The translations under genes and the position numbers were made by a program. Positions 46,340 to 58,874 of a stretch of 64,000 nt of DNA are shown in pieces. Origin of the DNA: Eutreptiella sp. 'Long Island Sound 2002' (taxonomy: Eukaryota > Protista > Euglenida); the NCBI GenBank assembly GCA_964036045.1, contig OZ038379.1, positions 14,136,001-14,200,000 of the forward strand. The letters are read 5' to 3'. A model generated the notes under the pieces. That model was not told the DNA's origin. It did not search any database and saw only the letters and a program-made list of their open reading frames with translations. The number at the start of each line of letters is the position of its first letter. Position 1 is the stretch's first letter.

Positions 46340-49300
46340 AAATGCTGCACATGCCACATCGGTTGTGTCCGAGGTCAGCACACATGCTGTTGGCGTTTGG
46401 GCGTATCTAAGACCAACTCGATATCAAGTGCAAACTGCCAGTGTCAATTCACACCCCTAGCTCCTGGTCCTTCAACCCCCTCAGCCTCAAACAACAGGGC
46501 TCCCCCCCCCCCCCCTGACCAACACACAGCACTCTGCATCCACAGGCTGCTGTTGCAATGCAAGCGCATTGCATGCACAGCAATGTGCGATGCAATTCTA
46601 CACGTCACTCACACAAGATTGCCAGTCTCCGACATGACCGAACCCCTCCATCCACATGTTGGGCTCTGGGACAGTCTTGGGGTACCTGTTTTCAACTGTG
46701 AAAAAGTGGGGAAGTACGTAGAAAGCGTACATTTTATTTTGATTGTGGCACTAGTTTTCAGCACACTGGAGCTAACAATCGGGTCAAATTGTTGACAACC
46801 AAATAGCACAAAAAAAAAATAAGTCGGCGGTAGATCAGTTTTACACTCAAAATACATGCTTTGCACTCATTCCGTAGGTCTTTTCTATCTGGGTAACAAT
46901 AGGTGTCATGTGACCTAATTCGTCGATTTATTTTACTGATTGGGGAGGGCGGGAGAAGGTTTGCATTCAAGGTGTGTAATTTGATCAGCTGGGCGGGTTG
47001 GGAAAGGAGCTTGTGTGACAGGCCAGTCCTAAGACGCTAGTCTAGACACTAGTAATGATTTAACACCATTTTTTCAAGAAATGCCAACGGCCCGTCGGGA
47101 GGTGAGGGGTGGGGGGGTTCGTGAAAAGGGGTACTAGCCCACCCTCCGCTGGGGGGTCACAGCGGGGTGTTGCCATTGTTTTTGCCATCCCACTCACGAC
47201 CTACATGGTGCAACAATTTTTCTAGTTTTCAAAGGATGCGTGGGAAGGGAGCTATGGGGACACTGGCCAAGGTAGGTGTGATGGTGATTGATATGAAATG
47301 AGGTATGACCAACAAGAATGTGTTTACTATTTTGCAGAACAAATGCATTTCTTTTGGTTGAGGTTTCGGAAAGGGCGAAAAGGAAAAATCATTGTGCAAG
47401 AAGAAACCATGCATGACATGAACCGGCTAATGTTGTTTGCCACACCCCGCACAAGGTCATGTGCTTTCTACAACACCCCGAGACAGCTACTCCAACTTGG
47501 AGGGTTCGGGCTTTGCAACGGAGTCTTTGAATTCTGTAAAAAGACAACCCTCATGATCCGCTACATTTTGAACAACTTTGTGTGGCACGACATTGTTAAA
47601 GGTAACGTGCTTCATGAATTCAAAAAAAAAAAAACTCAACGTCATGCCCTCTTACCGCCTAGTAGTTGCAGAGCATGTAGTCTCGTCATCTGAAGCGCCA
47701 ACGGCCAAAACGAAACAGGCTTTTACTTGGTGGTGCAAAACCGTGCGGGGCGGGAGGGGGGGGGGGCTTGAATGTGCCAACATGGCATTTTACAAGAGGG
47801 TACAAAAACCTTGAAATACCCTCCACACAGCCATTTTCTCAACTGCAAGTATTATTTTTACGCCGCAAAAGGCCTCCTGCTGGTTTTAGCCGAGAAGCTT
47901 CCTCTTTTTGACGCGAGTATTTTGCCTACCGCAGCCAGCTTGGGATGCCAAGATGTTTCGGAGTTTGATGTCGTCGTGGGTCTTAAAGCGGCGCACGCAA
48001 TTGTTACAGTGTGCACACCTACTTGATCTAGCTCGATGAAGTTGCACTTGAGCTTGTAAATATTGGTAATGACACTAACGGTTGGTAATGCAGAATGGGA
48101 AATGTCACTTTCTAAATGTCTGTTTTTTCTTTGATTTCTCGGGCTTTGTGCTGATGTTGGAGACTTGGTTTCGTCTCAGCTCAAAAACCGCATCCCGTCA
48201 AAACGATTTTACATATCAAAGAGAAATGCCCATTGAGCCGTAAAGAAGGTCCCTACCAGGACCGGCCCCTGCTGTGCCCCTTCCGCCTGTAACCCCTGCC
48301 GATTTGCTCCTGATCAATGATTGCATTTGTCAAAATCCAGGGTTCCAAATCCAAAAATATAGAAAATAAAATACAATCCTCCTTCAACCCTGAACAGCAA
48401 CCAGATCCCACAAATCCAGCAATAATCCAATCCACACTGCGGGCTTCCGTTCAGCACACTGGTCGTCCCACGGTGGCGGGCATGTACAAGAATTGCACCA
48501 AGGAAGAAAGCCCTGAAATTGGCATATGAACACAAATAAAGCAAAGTTGGGGAAAGAGGTAAACATACACATTCACAGCCACAAACCCCTCATTCCCTGG
48601 ACTCAAGACCTTCCCTTGACTCACCAACATATTGCCCTGAACCAGGTCAAATGAGAGGGCTGAATGCCATGTGTCACATATCAATACACAAACCCCAAAA
48701 ATGTGTTCACTCCCAAGCCTCTAAATCCTAGCCCAATAGGGGAGGTGGCGTGTCATGGCCTAGAGTGGCACTCAGGACCATGCCCTACCCTGACATAACC
48801 TTGGTTGGACTTGGAGTCGAATGGGCTTGGAGATATGCCCCATGAGTTTGAACTCATAACATGCCAAAAAACTGCCAATTCACACCATATTGGCCATATA
48901 TCAAATATATGCTCAAAATTGAAGTTACCACTTATCCGAAGGATCAAGGCATGCATGGAATCGAAGTCTAGTATTCAGGGAGGATAGAGACCAAAGGCCA
49001 ATGCCCATGTACATCCCCACCTTACCCTCGAAACCCCTTCGGATATGGGCGCCACGCACTGCCCAAGTCAGCCCATGATCTTGAGACCAATTCTTGTGAT
49101 CCTTCATGCGCCAAGCCAAATGGAGTACGCGATCCGGCATATGGTGGTGTTGGACTCCAAAGCATATGCCAACATATGAACAACATACCATGGTTCGACT
49201 CTCCATAGGCTTCTTGCTGTTTGCCGACCGGGTAAGTACACAAAACGCAAAAATGAGCAAAAATTGAGGTCAAAAACATGAAAATATGACCAAACACAAA

Positions 49301-52300
49301 GTTGTCATGATAGTATATCTCTATGCTCACCCATGATATCCGCGCATGGTTCGATATACAAATGATTGGAACCATTTGCGAACAATTCCCCCACTTGGAT
49401 CCCCAATCGGGCGCATGGAGATACCTTCGCCACTCGTATCTACATGCCCCATGAAAATGGGAGTGCACTCATGGATCTCCTTGCCAAACATACCATGAGC
49501 AATACATATGCGGTAGACTTAGTCTAGCGCTTTGAATTCCACAATTGGGACATGGGCAAAACCCTTGTCACGTATGGCTCCCCATCTCTTCGGCCACACG
49601 AAGATATATAACATGGGCGTGAGCATATCAAGACATATACCATGCATATAAAACATACCCTCAAAAGTGGCTCCCACCATGATATGCCATGTCCCTCCAT
49701 TGGCATAACTTCACGTTAAAAATGCGTAGGAACCCAAGGAAAGTATCTATGCAACCCCAACACTCATGCGGTACACTCGAAAGTCGCAATAAAATATTCG
49801 GTTGCACGGCCCAAGAGTTATATATCACTTTATACCCTCTTGACCATTATCCCTTGCTACATCGGGCATGTGTACACACCAAAGGCGTTTGATGCTTCCT
49901 AAACTAAGTTGAGACTAAGGCGCTTGCAACCCAACCTTCCTTATTCTCTCTCCTCACACTCGCGCGTAGATATGGCCCTTCAAAGTGGTCCCACGATTCA
50001 CTTTTGTTTCCCTTATATCTCCAAGTCAAATGGGTGGCAAGTATAAGGGAAACCTGATTCGGGCATAGGGAAAAGAGTATGACCACTCGAAGAAGACCAA
50101 ATCAAGTGCGGCGATGTCGAAGTCGAAAATCCGATTTCGACATCACGAAAAATTCAGAATAAAATTTCGATTGCATATTTAGAAAATTGCGGAAGCAACG
50201 AACCCTTTACTGATGAAATCTGACCCTTCATCGGGGTTTCCGCCAAAATATCTGGAAATAACAGTTAACCAATCGGTTAACGCAAAATCGCGAGCCAACT
50301 GACAGTCGCCGATACATTGACCATCAGAACGAAAGGCTGAAAAATTACGGAAACATTATGATAATAAAACCCTGTTGATTCCTGATATTCTGATATATAG
50401 ATCTCCGCTGGCGGCGCCTCGGTACTGAATGTGGCCGCTCATAGCCGGAATGGCCAAACCTATCACACTATCACATCGGGTTAGTTCAGGTGGACGGGAG
50501 AGTATGATATCAGCCAATGGCGGCTTGCCGGCACATAGATACACACCCCAAGTGACCCCAAGATGGCCACGGGGGTCCGAACCGGCTTCAGCCGCATGAA
50601 AAGCCTGCTAAAGACTTTCGTGAAAGAAGTTCTGTAAACTACATTTGCGCAAGTTACAGAGGTTATCAAAGCCTATTTTTGGGACGTACAAACGTTCCGG
50701 CAAGCTATATGGTACCACAAAAAGAGTTGCATTAAGTTTTCAATTGTCAACGGAACCAAGACCTTCACCGCTCGTTGTCGGGGGCTCAGGACTGGCTTTT
50801 CTATACCTATGGTAGCTTCGGCAAAACAAGGCCCGTGCCACTTGCCCTACTCTTCGTAAGCCCGGCGACATAAACGATCGGCTACAGAAAACATACCTGT
50901 GACGGGCAACGATCATGGCTTGTCAAAACCTGCCAAAAGCAATAAGCCGCCCATAGCACGCGGAAAACGACAGTGCAGATGCCTACAAAGTTTTCTACTG
51001 AGCCTCTACTACTACAGTTTCTACTACCTTCAACGAAAGTACATCAAGTCCGAACGTTCATTCCGGTGCGCAAGGCAAAGCCTATGATCCATCTTGTCAG
51101 TCAATTCACATCTCACCACATTTTCCCTGTTCTGCAAAGCAAATGTGCCACACGTTTGGAACCAGGGATGCCTGTCAACTCTGAAGAGAGACACAGCAAT
51201 CGTGAATTCAATCACAAGCATGCTCATCAATATGGACGAACGGAACCAAACAGACATATACATACGCGCAAGCATTGGGCAATCACCCACTACGACATTA
51301 CATAAAAATCAATTCTGTCCGTCACAAAACCAAAACATTTTGATTTTGAGTTAATTTCGAATTCTAAATTTCAATTCCGTCTTTTGCTATGTGCGAGAGT
51401 CACTGAATTCGGTCTCATGCTATGTGCAATAGTCACCTACCATCGTAACCTTTAACAATCCTTTGTTCGCTAAGCCTTGGTCTAGGTCCATTTTCCGGTC
51501 GTTTGCTACTTCTCTGCAGACTTAGCTTCAGTGCTACTGGTGGTTGGCAAGATAGCTTGATGCTGGGCCGTTGGCGTCACCACCGTTGCCGTCATGTTTT
51601 GTGTTATTTTGGACCGTTGTAATGTAGGTACGCCGAATAAAAACTCTCTCTAGCAGTCTTGATAGTGTTACATCTATCCTATTACATCCATCAATACAAA
51701 TCCAACACAAAGGTAATCCGGCGAAAAATAATGTGCATCTACACGGGCCCTACTGCTTGGTTGTTACTATGGAGAGCAAGAGGCGGTCAACACTCTCTTA
51801 TTACTTCTAGTATTCCGGTAGTAGGATAACTTACTAAACTTGGAGCGAGATAGAGCCGCTCTAGGGAAGCTCTGGGGCAATTACGACTTCTCCAAGCCTG
51901 ATACCTACTTTTTGAATGATTTTCAAAGGTGAGCAGTGCCAGTGCAAGGCTTCTAGAGGCCCTGAAGTATACCAACCACCACCACTTCGGGTGTATGGCG
52001 GGGTATGCGCCCCCCTGATGAGGCACCAAGGGAACTCACAGGCACCCCAGAAATTCTCGCACGCGCACAGCAGAAATTTGCATGCGCAAGGCAAATCTAA
52101 CGTACTGCTCACTTTTTCGTGGTGGCCTTCTATTCTTACGCCCAATTTTCAGCTTTCCACTTAAAGAACTGATGCTGTGTCTTTTCAATGCTTTTTTCCA
52201 TCTTCTGATAGCTCAGCTTCTGCAACCACAAAAGCAATTTTTGAGCTCAGCTCTGACACCTGGCTGCTTAACTGTGTGAAGTCGATGCTTGTTGTACACG

Positions 52301-53865
52301 TGGCACGCACAATCGAGGCACGATTAGGGTCCGGTCTCACCACCGGATGAAACCGAAATGTACCGGTTTGCTGTGCTTTCTGCATACCTCTCTGGGGGCA
52401 AGCTAACCAAGCGAAACACTGAACTCCCGCTGTTCAAATCATCCAAGATGTGGTGGTTGTGTCTCGTTTCGTGTGGCGTTCGTGCGTTTCAGTATCGTTT
52501 TTAAGTGGAAGATACCAATACCGTGGTTGGTACAGTGGTGGGCCACGCTATGGCAATTTCTGCCATACAGTGTGGGCAGTGCCAGTCACAAATATGAAGA
52601 GCAACTTTACTTTTGAGCTTTTTGAAATCGATTGTTATTTGTTGGGAATATGCCAGTTCGACATCGAAGTAATGTTGTGTGACCGCACCCTGCAAGTTGA
52701 AATAGCTTCTTCCCTGGATGTCTGTCAGCTGGCAGGTATGTGCACCGTGTTGGTTGGTAGCTGAAAGCTTCTCCTCCATTTGCAGTGCATGTCGTTGTTC
52801 GCCAATTGACGGCGTCCGAATTGACCTGCGCCATGCGACTTCTCTTTTGGGTTGTCATCGCCTGCTTGGTGATGGCTACCCAACCCTCTGGATTACATCC
52901 ACGCAAGCCCCAACACCATGCAGGCGAGAAGCTCCAAGTGAAGGGACCTCACCCGTGGGACTCGTGGGAGTCAGGTATGAGAATGCACTTGTCCTTTGTG
53001 GATATCCCGACTGTGCACTTGGCGTTTTCGTGGAATTTTTGTTCTTGCTGGGGGCTACCGCCTGACGAGGACGCTGGGTGCTGCGAAAGATTTCCTCTGT
53101 GTTTGGAACATAACAAGGTTCTTGTTCTTCTTCCCATAACGATGTTGGCTTGTTTGCAACTCCCGTCCTGGTTGCCTGGAAAATCGTGTCCGAATCATCG
53201 TTCAACGTGCTTGTCCACAACACCACTTTTCCTGTCCCAGCGGGCTTGCCGATCGTGTACCATCGGGGCCGCAAAGAGATGGTGGTCACACCATATTTGG
53301 CCAGAAGCGAAACGAAACGGAAGAAGAAGCCGATTTCTGCAAAGGCAAAGTTGCTCCGCAAGCGTCGAAGTGCAGTCCCCCAATCAACTGGTACGCTGGC
53401 TGTTGCTTTTTGTTCCGTCCGTGCCCTGTGTTCCGCCGTCTCACTGCTCCTTTTCTCATCCCCTCATAGGAGAGACTTATGTTTTCTTCCAGGCTGCACC
53501 AAGTATGTTGCAATTTACCGCCGGTCCCTTCTATGGGACGCGCATTGTGCTGTTGCTTTCGCCTCTACAATCATGGAGAGAAAGACAAAATTGAACTTTT
53601 AGTTGGCGTGTTGATTTGAGGGTCGAAGTGACCAACGCATTTTACTCAGGTTGCTTCGATGGTATGAAGAATGGAGACGAAACAGGCGTGGATTGTGGAG
53701 GAAGCACGTGTCCGAACTGCGTGGCAAGTATGTCGACTTCTTCAGTAAGGCGTGACTAAAGCACCACCTAAGTTTTGGTCTGACGTTGGATGTGTTTGGA
53801 CTTCGGTGCCGCCTCAGCCTGTCGTCAGCTGCATGCATCGGCAATCCTGGGCGTCATCGTTGCAG

Positions 53866-54031
53866 GTGACGTCACTTTGTTGGTTGAATTCCTATTCCGT
53901 ATGCCCAAGGCCCAGTTCTTGCAGAATTTAGCCACTATCAAGACTGCACTTGCTGCGCTTGCCGCCTCTGAGTTCGCGGATGGCCCAAGCCCAACTCCAC
54001 TACCCATCGCGGATATCACAATCGTGGCAGG
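53866..54031 (+). CDS. Probable exon of a second gene (SEA-like surface-protein module, part 1)
   Basis: TTGCAG| phase 1. GDVTLLVEFLFRMPKAQFLQNLATIKTALAALAASEF..IADITIVAG. Phase-2 donor at 54032 or 54071 joins the exon at 54757. Confidence 0.5.
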
Positions 54032-54756
54032 GTCGGGACAGCAGCTATTCTTCCCCATCGCACCACGAGGGTATTACCCCACCCTTCCTGTGCCCCTGAA
54101 GTGAAAGTGCGGGCCCAAAGTACCGTACCCCAAGCGGTTGACATTCTCTCTGGCCAATTTCGTTCTTCGAGCGTTTGGAGGCCTGGTTTCATTGTCTGGA
54201 GTAAAGGGCCGTGTACACCAACATGGCATGCTTTTTGACACGTGCGCCTGTCCTGATGTGCTCTACTTTTACACCGGACTCACGTTGGCTGACCCCACGT
54301 GAAGAACATGAACGTTAGGAGGAGGCAGTTGGGGTTCCGCAGGGGGTGACGGCACAGTCATGCTGTCAGTGTCGTCCAGAGGATCAGAAGCATTCGTAAC
54401 CGCAGGGCGCGCCTTGTGTGTTGTCGGTGGGGGTTGAACTTTCAAGGTCATGTAAAAGGGCATGCATATGAAAGGGCCAAGCGAGAAGGTTCACGTCCGA
54501 GAGCCCCAATGCCAGGCCCAACCTGACAATAAAATGTTGCCGATGTCCATAAACCCTGGTGTCGCTGTTTTGCACAACTAGAATGCATGAATGCATGCGA
54601 ATTGGACCACCCGTAGCACCGTGAGACGAGTATGCAAAGCACAGCCCCCGAGCGGCAGAAGACAAGCGAACCCGAGGGACAGTGGCTGTGGATGGATCCA
54701 ACTGTTGCTGCATTCCACACAAATTTGCCATGCAACACTTTCGTGTTGATGCACAG

Positions 54757-54902
54757 AAAAGAATGGTACTCGATCGAGGTCGAATTCCCAATCAATTACG
54801 AACCAGAGCAGCTTGAGGATTTCTTTGCTTTGGATGACAAATTCCAGTCATTGGGAATCCCCCGGCCCGAAATTCTGTCCATCATGTTGTTTAACCCCAA
54901 TG
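54757..54902 (+). CDS. Probable exon of a second gene (SEA-like module, part 2)
   Basis: GCACAG| phase 2. KEWYSIEVEFPINYEPEQLEDFFALDDKFQSLGIPRPEILSIMLFNPN. Phase-1 donor G|GTATGC. Confidence 0.55.
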
Positions 54903-56184
54903 GTATGCACGTTCTCTATGTCGGCTTGGAGTTACGGGGTATTGGATGTGCATGCGCTCCGTGATTTATCCTCCGAATGATTTGTCTGTGCTCCCTCCCT
55001 TCCTCGCTGCCCCGTCCCTCCCTGTTGCAATGGTTTTTCTTCTCTCCTACCCCCCCCCCCCCGCCTCTCGGCCCCCAAACAAGGTTGGTCCACCTACGCT
55101 TCAAGGAAGGGCATTTCGTCTCAGCAACCGATTTATTAGATTTCGCTGCACACGCAGAGCACTGCGCCTCCACTTCAACCCGACGGCCATCGTAAGATGC
55201 AAAAACGCAGCCACAAAGCAATCTGAAACAGCACAAGTCACACACTCCAATATGTGGTTCTTTCTTTTCTGCCGATTCAGCACCGGATCTGCGTGCCTCG
55301 TTTGACGAGGCACACCAGGCACCGGGGGGGGGGGGGTGGCGGTACCGAGGCGTGCGGGGGAGTTTGGTACACGGGCATGGCTATCTGTAGACACTGCCTG
55401 CCCCAAGCAGATAGTCTGTAGACACTGTCGGCATGTTGTACACGCGAAGTGACAATATTTGGGAAGTATTCCAAATGCCCCGTTCCCCAAAAAACGGTCC
55501 GCTGACAGCATTTACCCGTGCACATAGGCATGTCCCTCAAGCAAGGGGAGCAAGCAAGGAACCTGCATTGTGGCAGGTGTAGAGCGAGCAAAGCGGGCGA
55601 GGAAGGTGCAAGGCAGCGGGGTGGGGGGTTGGTGCAATTTGGTGGGTTTAGCGCACGGAGTGGTTTGGCGCTACGGGGGGGGGGGGGGGTTGGTGCCAAC
55701 GAGGCGCACGGGGGGTGGGGTTGGCGCTCACAAAGGGGGCAGGCGGGTGGGACAGGAGTGGGTGCGCAAAAGGGGCACCCAGGAGCGCCAACAGACAGGG
55801 GGAGGAGCAACACAGACACACAGAACGCGGGAGCCACACCAGGAGGGACGAAGGCGAGCACAGCAGACAAGGAGGAGGGGCGCAGCAAGGCAGGAGAGGC
55901 AACCAGGACAGGGAACCAGAATGCTGCGGATGGGAGAGCGTGCGCATGGGAGGCAGCGACAACAAAAGGGATGGCCTGGCCAGCCAGCCCAGTCGCTACC
56001 GGGTGCCAGGGCAACCCCTGCTCAACCGGCATCAGGTGGGGCGTGTCTCCCGCAGCCCAGATGGGCTGTTTGCGCAGCAGGAGCGGGAGCCCATCAGGGG
56101 CAGACCAGCCGTGAGGGGGAAAAGGACATGGTGAACGGCCAGGACAACGCGTGGAGGAACAGGGCACCTGGGCCTCACGCACAC

Positions 56185-56482
56185 GGAAACACAGCGAGGC
56201 AGGCTATGGACGGCCTGTGGACAGAGGCGCGTGGACAGCAAAAACAGTCAAACGACCATGGCAACAACCAATACCACCTCAATATGCCAATTACTGGGCG
56301 CCACTGATGCGCAAACGGCACACCATGCCACATCCAGCACAGCCCCAACACACCAACTACTGGGCTCCGCGAACGCGGAAACGACACCAGCAAGAGCACC
56401 GGGCAACATGCGAAGGGAAGAACGGGTGACTGTCCAGGGCCCCGTAAAGAAACAACAACCAGACGGAATGTCACACAGGGGG
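56185..56482. repeat. About 300-bp SINE-like dispersed repeat, copy 2
   Basis: Homologous to 34135-34468 with a short internal deletion. Confidence 0.9.
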
Positions 56483-57033
56483 GGAGTTTGGCGCCAACGA
56501 GGCGCACGGGGGGTGGGGTTGGCGCTCACAAAGCGCGCAAATCCAGCGAAACACTCCGGTTCAGAGGTCTGCGCAATGCGTTTGGAAACTGTGCAAGCTC
56601 TCCACTGCTTTTCCGGAAGTAGGGCACATCAGATGCAGTGAGACAGAGCCACAATGAGGCAATGAGATACAATGACCAGACCCGCAGGTGGTAGAAAGGG
56701 TCTGAGCCTACAGCCAGCTTGTCACCAGCCCCGTACCGCAGCCTTGCTTGTTGCACGTGTTCCTCGCGCATGGTGTGGCCGCAGGCTGCCCACATCCTCT
56801 CACCTCTGTGTCTGTGCTCTGATTATCCTCTGTGTCACGGACCTCTGCCTTTCTTTGTGGAACTCCAGTTGCTCTGGCTTGGCTGCATCTAGTAAAACAC
56901 CTCCTGCGCTGCATGCACACTGCATGCTCTGGACTGAAGTTTCCCAGCGGTATCCTCCAGGTTAACACCCCCCCTCCCCAAACATGGTGAGGGTTTTTTT
57001 TTTGTTTTCCCCTGCATCGCTGAATGTGCTCAG

Positions 57034-57111
57034 GGCCCGCGTGTGATGATGGGATTGAGAACGGCAAAGAAAAAGGAGTTGATTGTGGTGGACCTGTTTG
57101 TGACGCATGCG
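57034..57111 (+). CDS. 78-bp symmetric (phase 1-1) exon encoding a CxDGxxNGxExGVDCGG Cys-rich repeat
   Basis: CTCAG|..PACDDGIENGKEKGVDCGGPVCDAC..G|GTATGC. Confidence 0.75.
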
Positions 57112-57859
57112 GTATGCTTGGCAACGGCGTGCATGAGCTCCACCAAGCCCAAGCCGGTGGGCTCCCCAGCAAACACTTGCCTCCAGTCAACCACAGAAGA
57201 AATGGATGGAGAGAAATGGGAAGTGGATGAGGATACAATGTTCCAGCTTTTGCGAGAGGGTGTTTTTGGAGTGTGATTCAGTTTGCCGTCCACAGCTTGA
57301 TACAAAACCAGAAGAGCAGCACATCAGTACACGCGAAAGAATGCATGCCACACGATGCCATGTTTTGCCATTCCACACCGTAAGGTACAGTGCCGTGTCG
57401 GTGTTTTTGGCCCCCAGAGGGCGTGGCGTGTTGTGCGGTATGGTGTAATACTGCCAACATACCCAAAAAAGTTAACCGAAAATGGGGGGTTTGGTGGGCT
57501 AATTTTGGCATTGGTCATTTTTTATTTGGCGTATGCTGAGAAGACGTTTCGCATTGCTCTTCTTTCTTGTCCACCACAAGAGTCTGCGCTTCGCGTTTTT
57601 GGCTGGATGGACTGGACGGAGTGCGCCGAGGTGCTGTCCCCGTGAGGTCTGCAACAGGCAGCTGACTGGTCCCCCGTCCGTCCGCCGACACAGCTCTCGC
57701 AAGCCGAATCCTGAAAGTCCTAATTTTGTGTATGGGTGTTCCACTGTCATGTTTCACTGGGCGATGGGGCCTTTTTGGTGTGGCCCGTCACCAACCGAGG
57801 GGACACTGAGGGGAACCAGTGGACGCACACTGTCTGCGCATTTCCACTGTCTGTCTCAG

Positions 57860-57937
57860 CACCCAACTGCTACGACAATCGCCGAAATGGTGACGAAAAG
57901 GGTGTTGATTGTGGTGGAAGCTGTGAGCAATTTTCAT
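57860..57937 (+). CDS. 78-bp symmetric (phase 1-1) exon, second DCGG repeat
   Basis: TCTCAG|..PNCYDNRRNGDEKGVDCGGSCEQFS..T|GTATGT. Confidence 0.75.
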
Positions 57938-58334
57938 GTATGTGCCATCATTGACCCGTTCTTTTGCGGTGTGATTGACGTAGTCTACATCTATCGACCG
58001 GACCCCGTTGCGTGATGACGTGCTGGAATGGCGGGCCATGGGCCGCTGTGTGCCGGGGGATGGTTGGGCCTCGGATCCATTGCCTTACTGATATGATTGA
58101 TGCTGTGACTTCACCGCGGCCCGCACCCCGTGCGTTTGGACCTTCTTCCCCTGGAGCAGGCCTCAGCCAAGGCTGGGGTTTCAACTCGAGCTCTTTCGGC
58201 TGGTCCTCACATACTCCAGATTCACGATTTAGAGCCAAGCCCAGAATTTCAGCCACGGCCTCCTCGGTGCAACAGCCCCTCCCAGGCTGCCTATTGTCCA
58301 GTGCCTCGCCTGCAGTTCCCGGTTTTGTGTCCAG

Positions 58335-58427
58335 GCGAGTTGTGGTTCGGACCACCTGGTGGCTTTGGCGGCGGCTTCGGTGATGATGACGAGTTCGCCT
58401 TCCATGGTGACGTCGATCAACTTGAAG
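58335..58427 (+). CDS. Candidate phase 1-1 exon of the second gene
   Basis: TGTCCAG|..GELWFGPPGGFGGGFGDDDEFAFHGDVDQLE..G|GTATGC. Confidence 0.4.
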
Positions 58428-58874
58428 GTATGCGTGGGTGTTTCGTGACATGGCTGTGAAGAATTGCCCCCAACTGTCAACATTAGGTTGTGTATGCATC
58501 GGCCCCCCGGCGTGTCCCCCGCAGGGTGCGGTGGATATCATTGCAGCTCAGCTTGGTTGCAAACCCTACCGCACTCCCAACAGTGCCCCCCCCCCCCCCC
58601 CCCGCCGCCGATACCTCATACCGAGGCCTTGTGCCCCCCCCCCCCCCCCCGCCACCGCTACACACACAATCAGTAAAACATACAGAAGCATGCCCGCGCC
58701 CCTGGACTAGGGTTGTAGCGACCGGGTGCCGAAGCGTGACCCCAGACGGGCTTCCGAGGTGCCACGGGTCCGGCCCCTCCTGCAGAAATGACCCAAGCCG
58801 ATACGCCCACGTTGGGGAGGGGAAGTGCCATAAAGGCTGAAGGAGTACGTTTCGAGGGCGAGGGGGGCTCAGCA

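Noticed and set aside
51618-51686. TGTAAT...AATAAA...CCTATTACA mini-LTR resembling the ends of the LTR element
   Set aside because: Only 69 bp, with no TSD (ACCGT vs TCCAT) and no partner LTR.
46790-51793. TGTTGAC...GTCAACA as possible termini of one element
   Set aside because: The match is only 7 bp, with no TSD and no internal transposase or LTR pair.
52785-53602. 269-aa and 150-aa + strand ORFs
   Set aside because: No domain signature; more likely intron plus small exons of the second gene.
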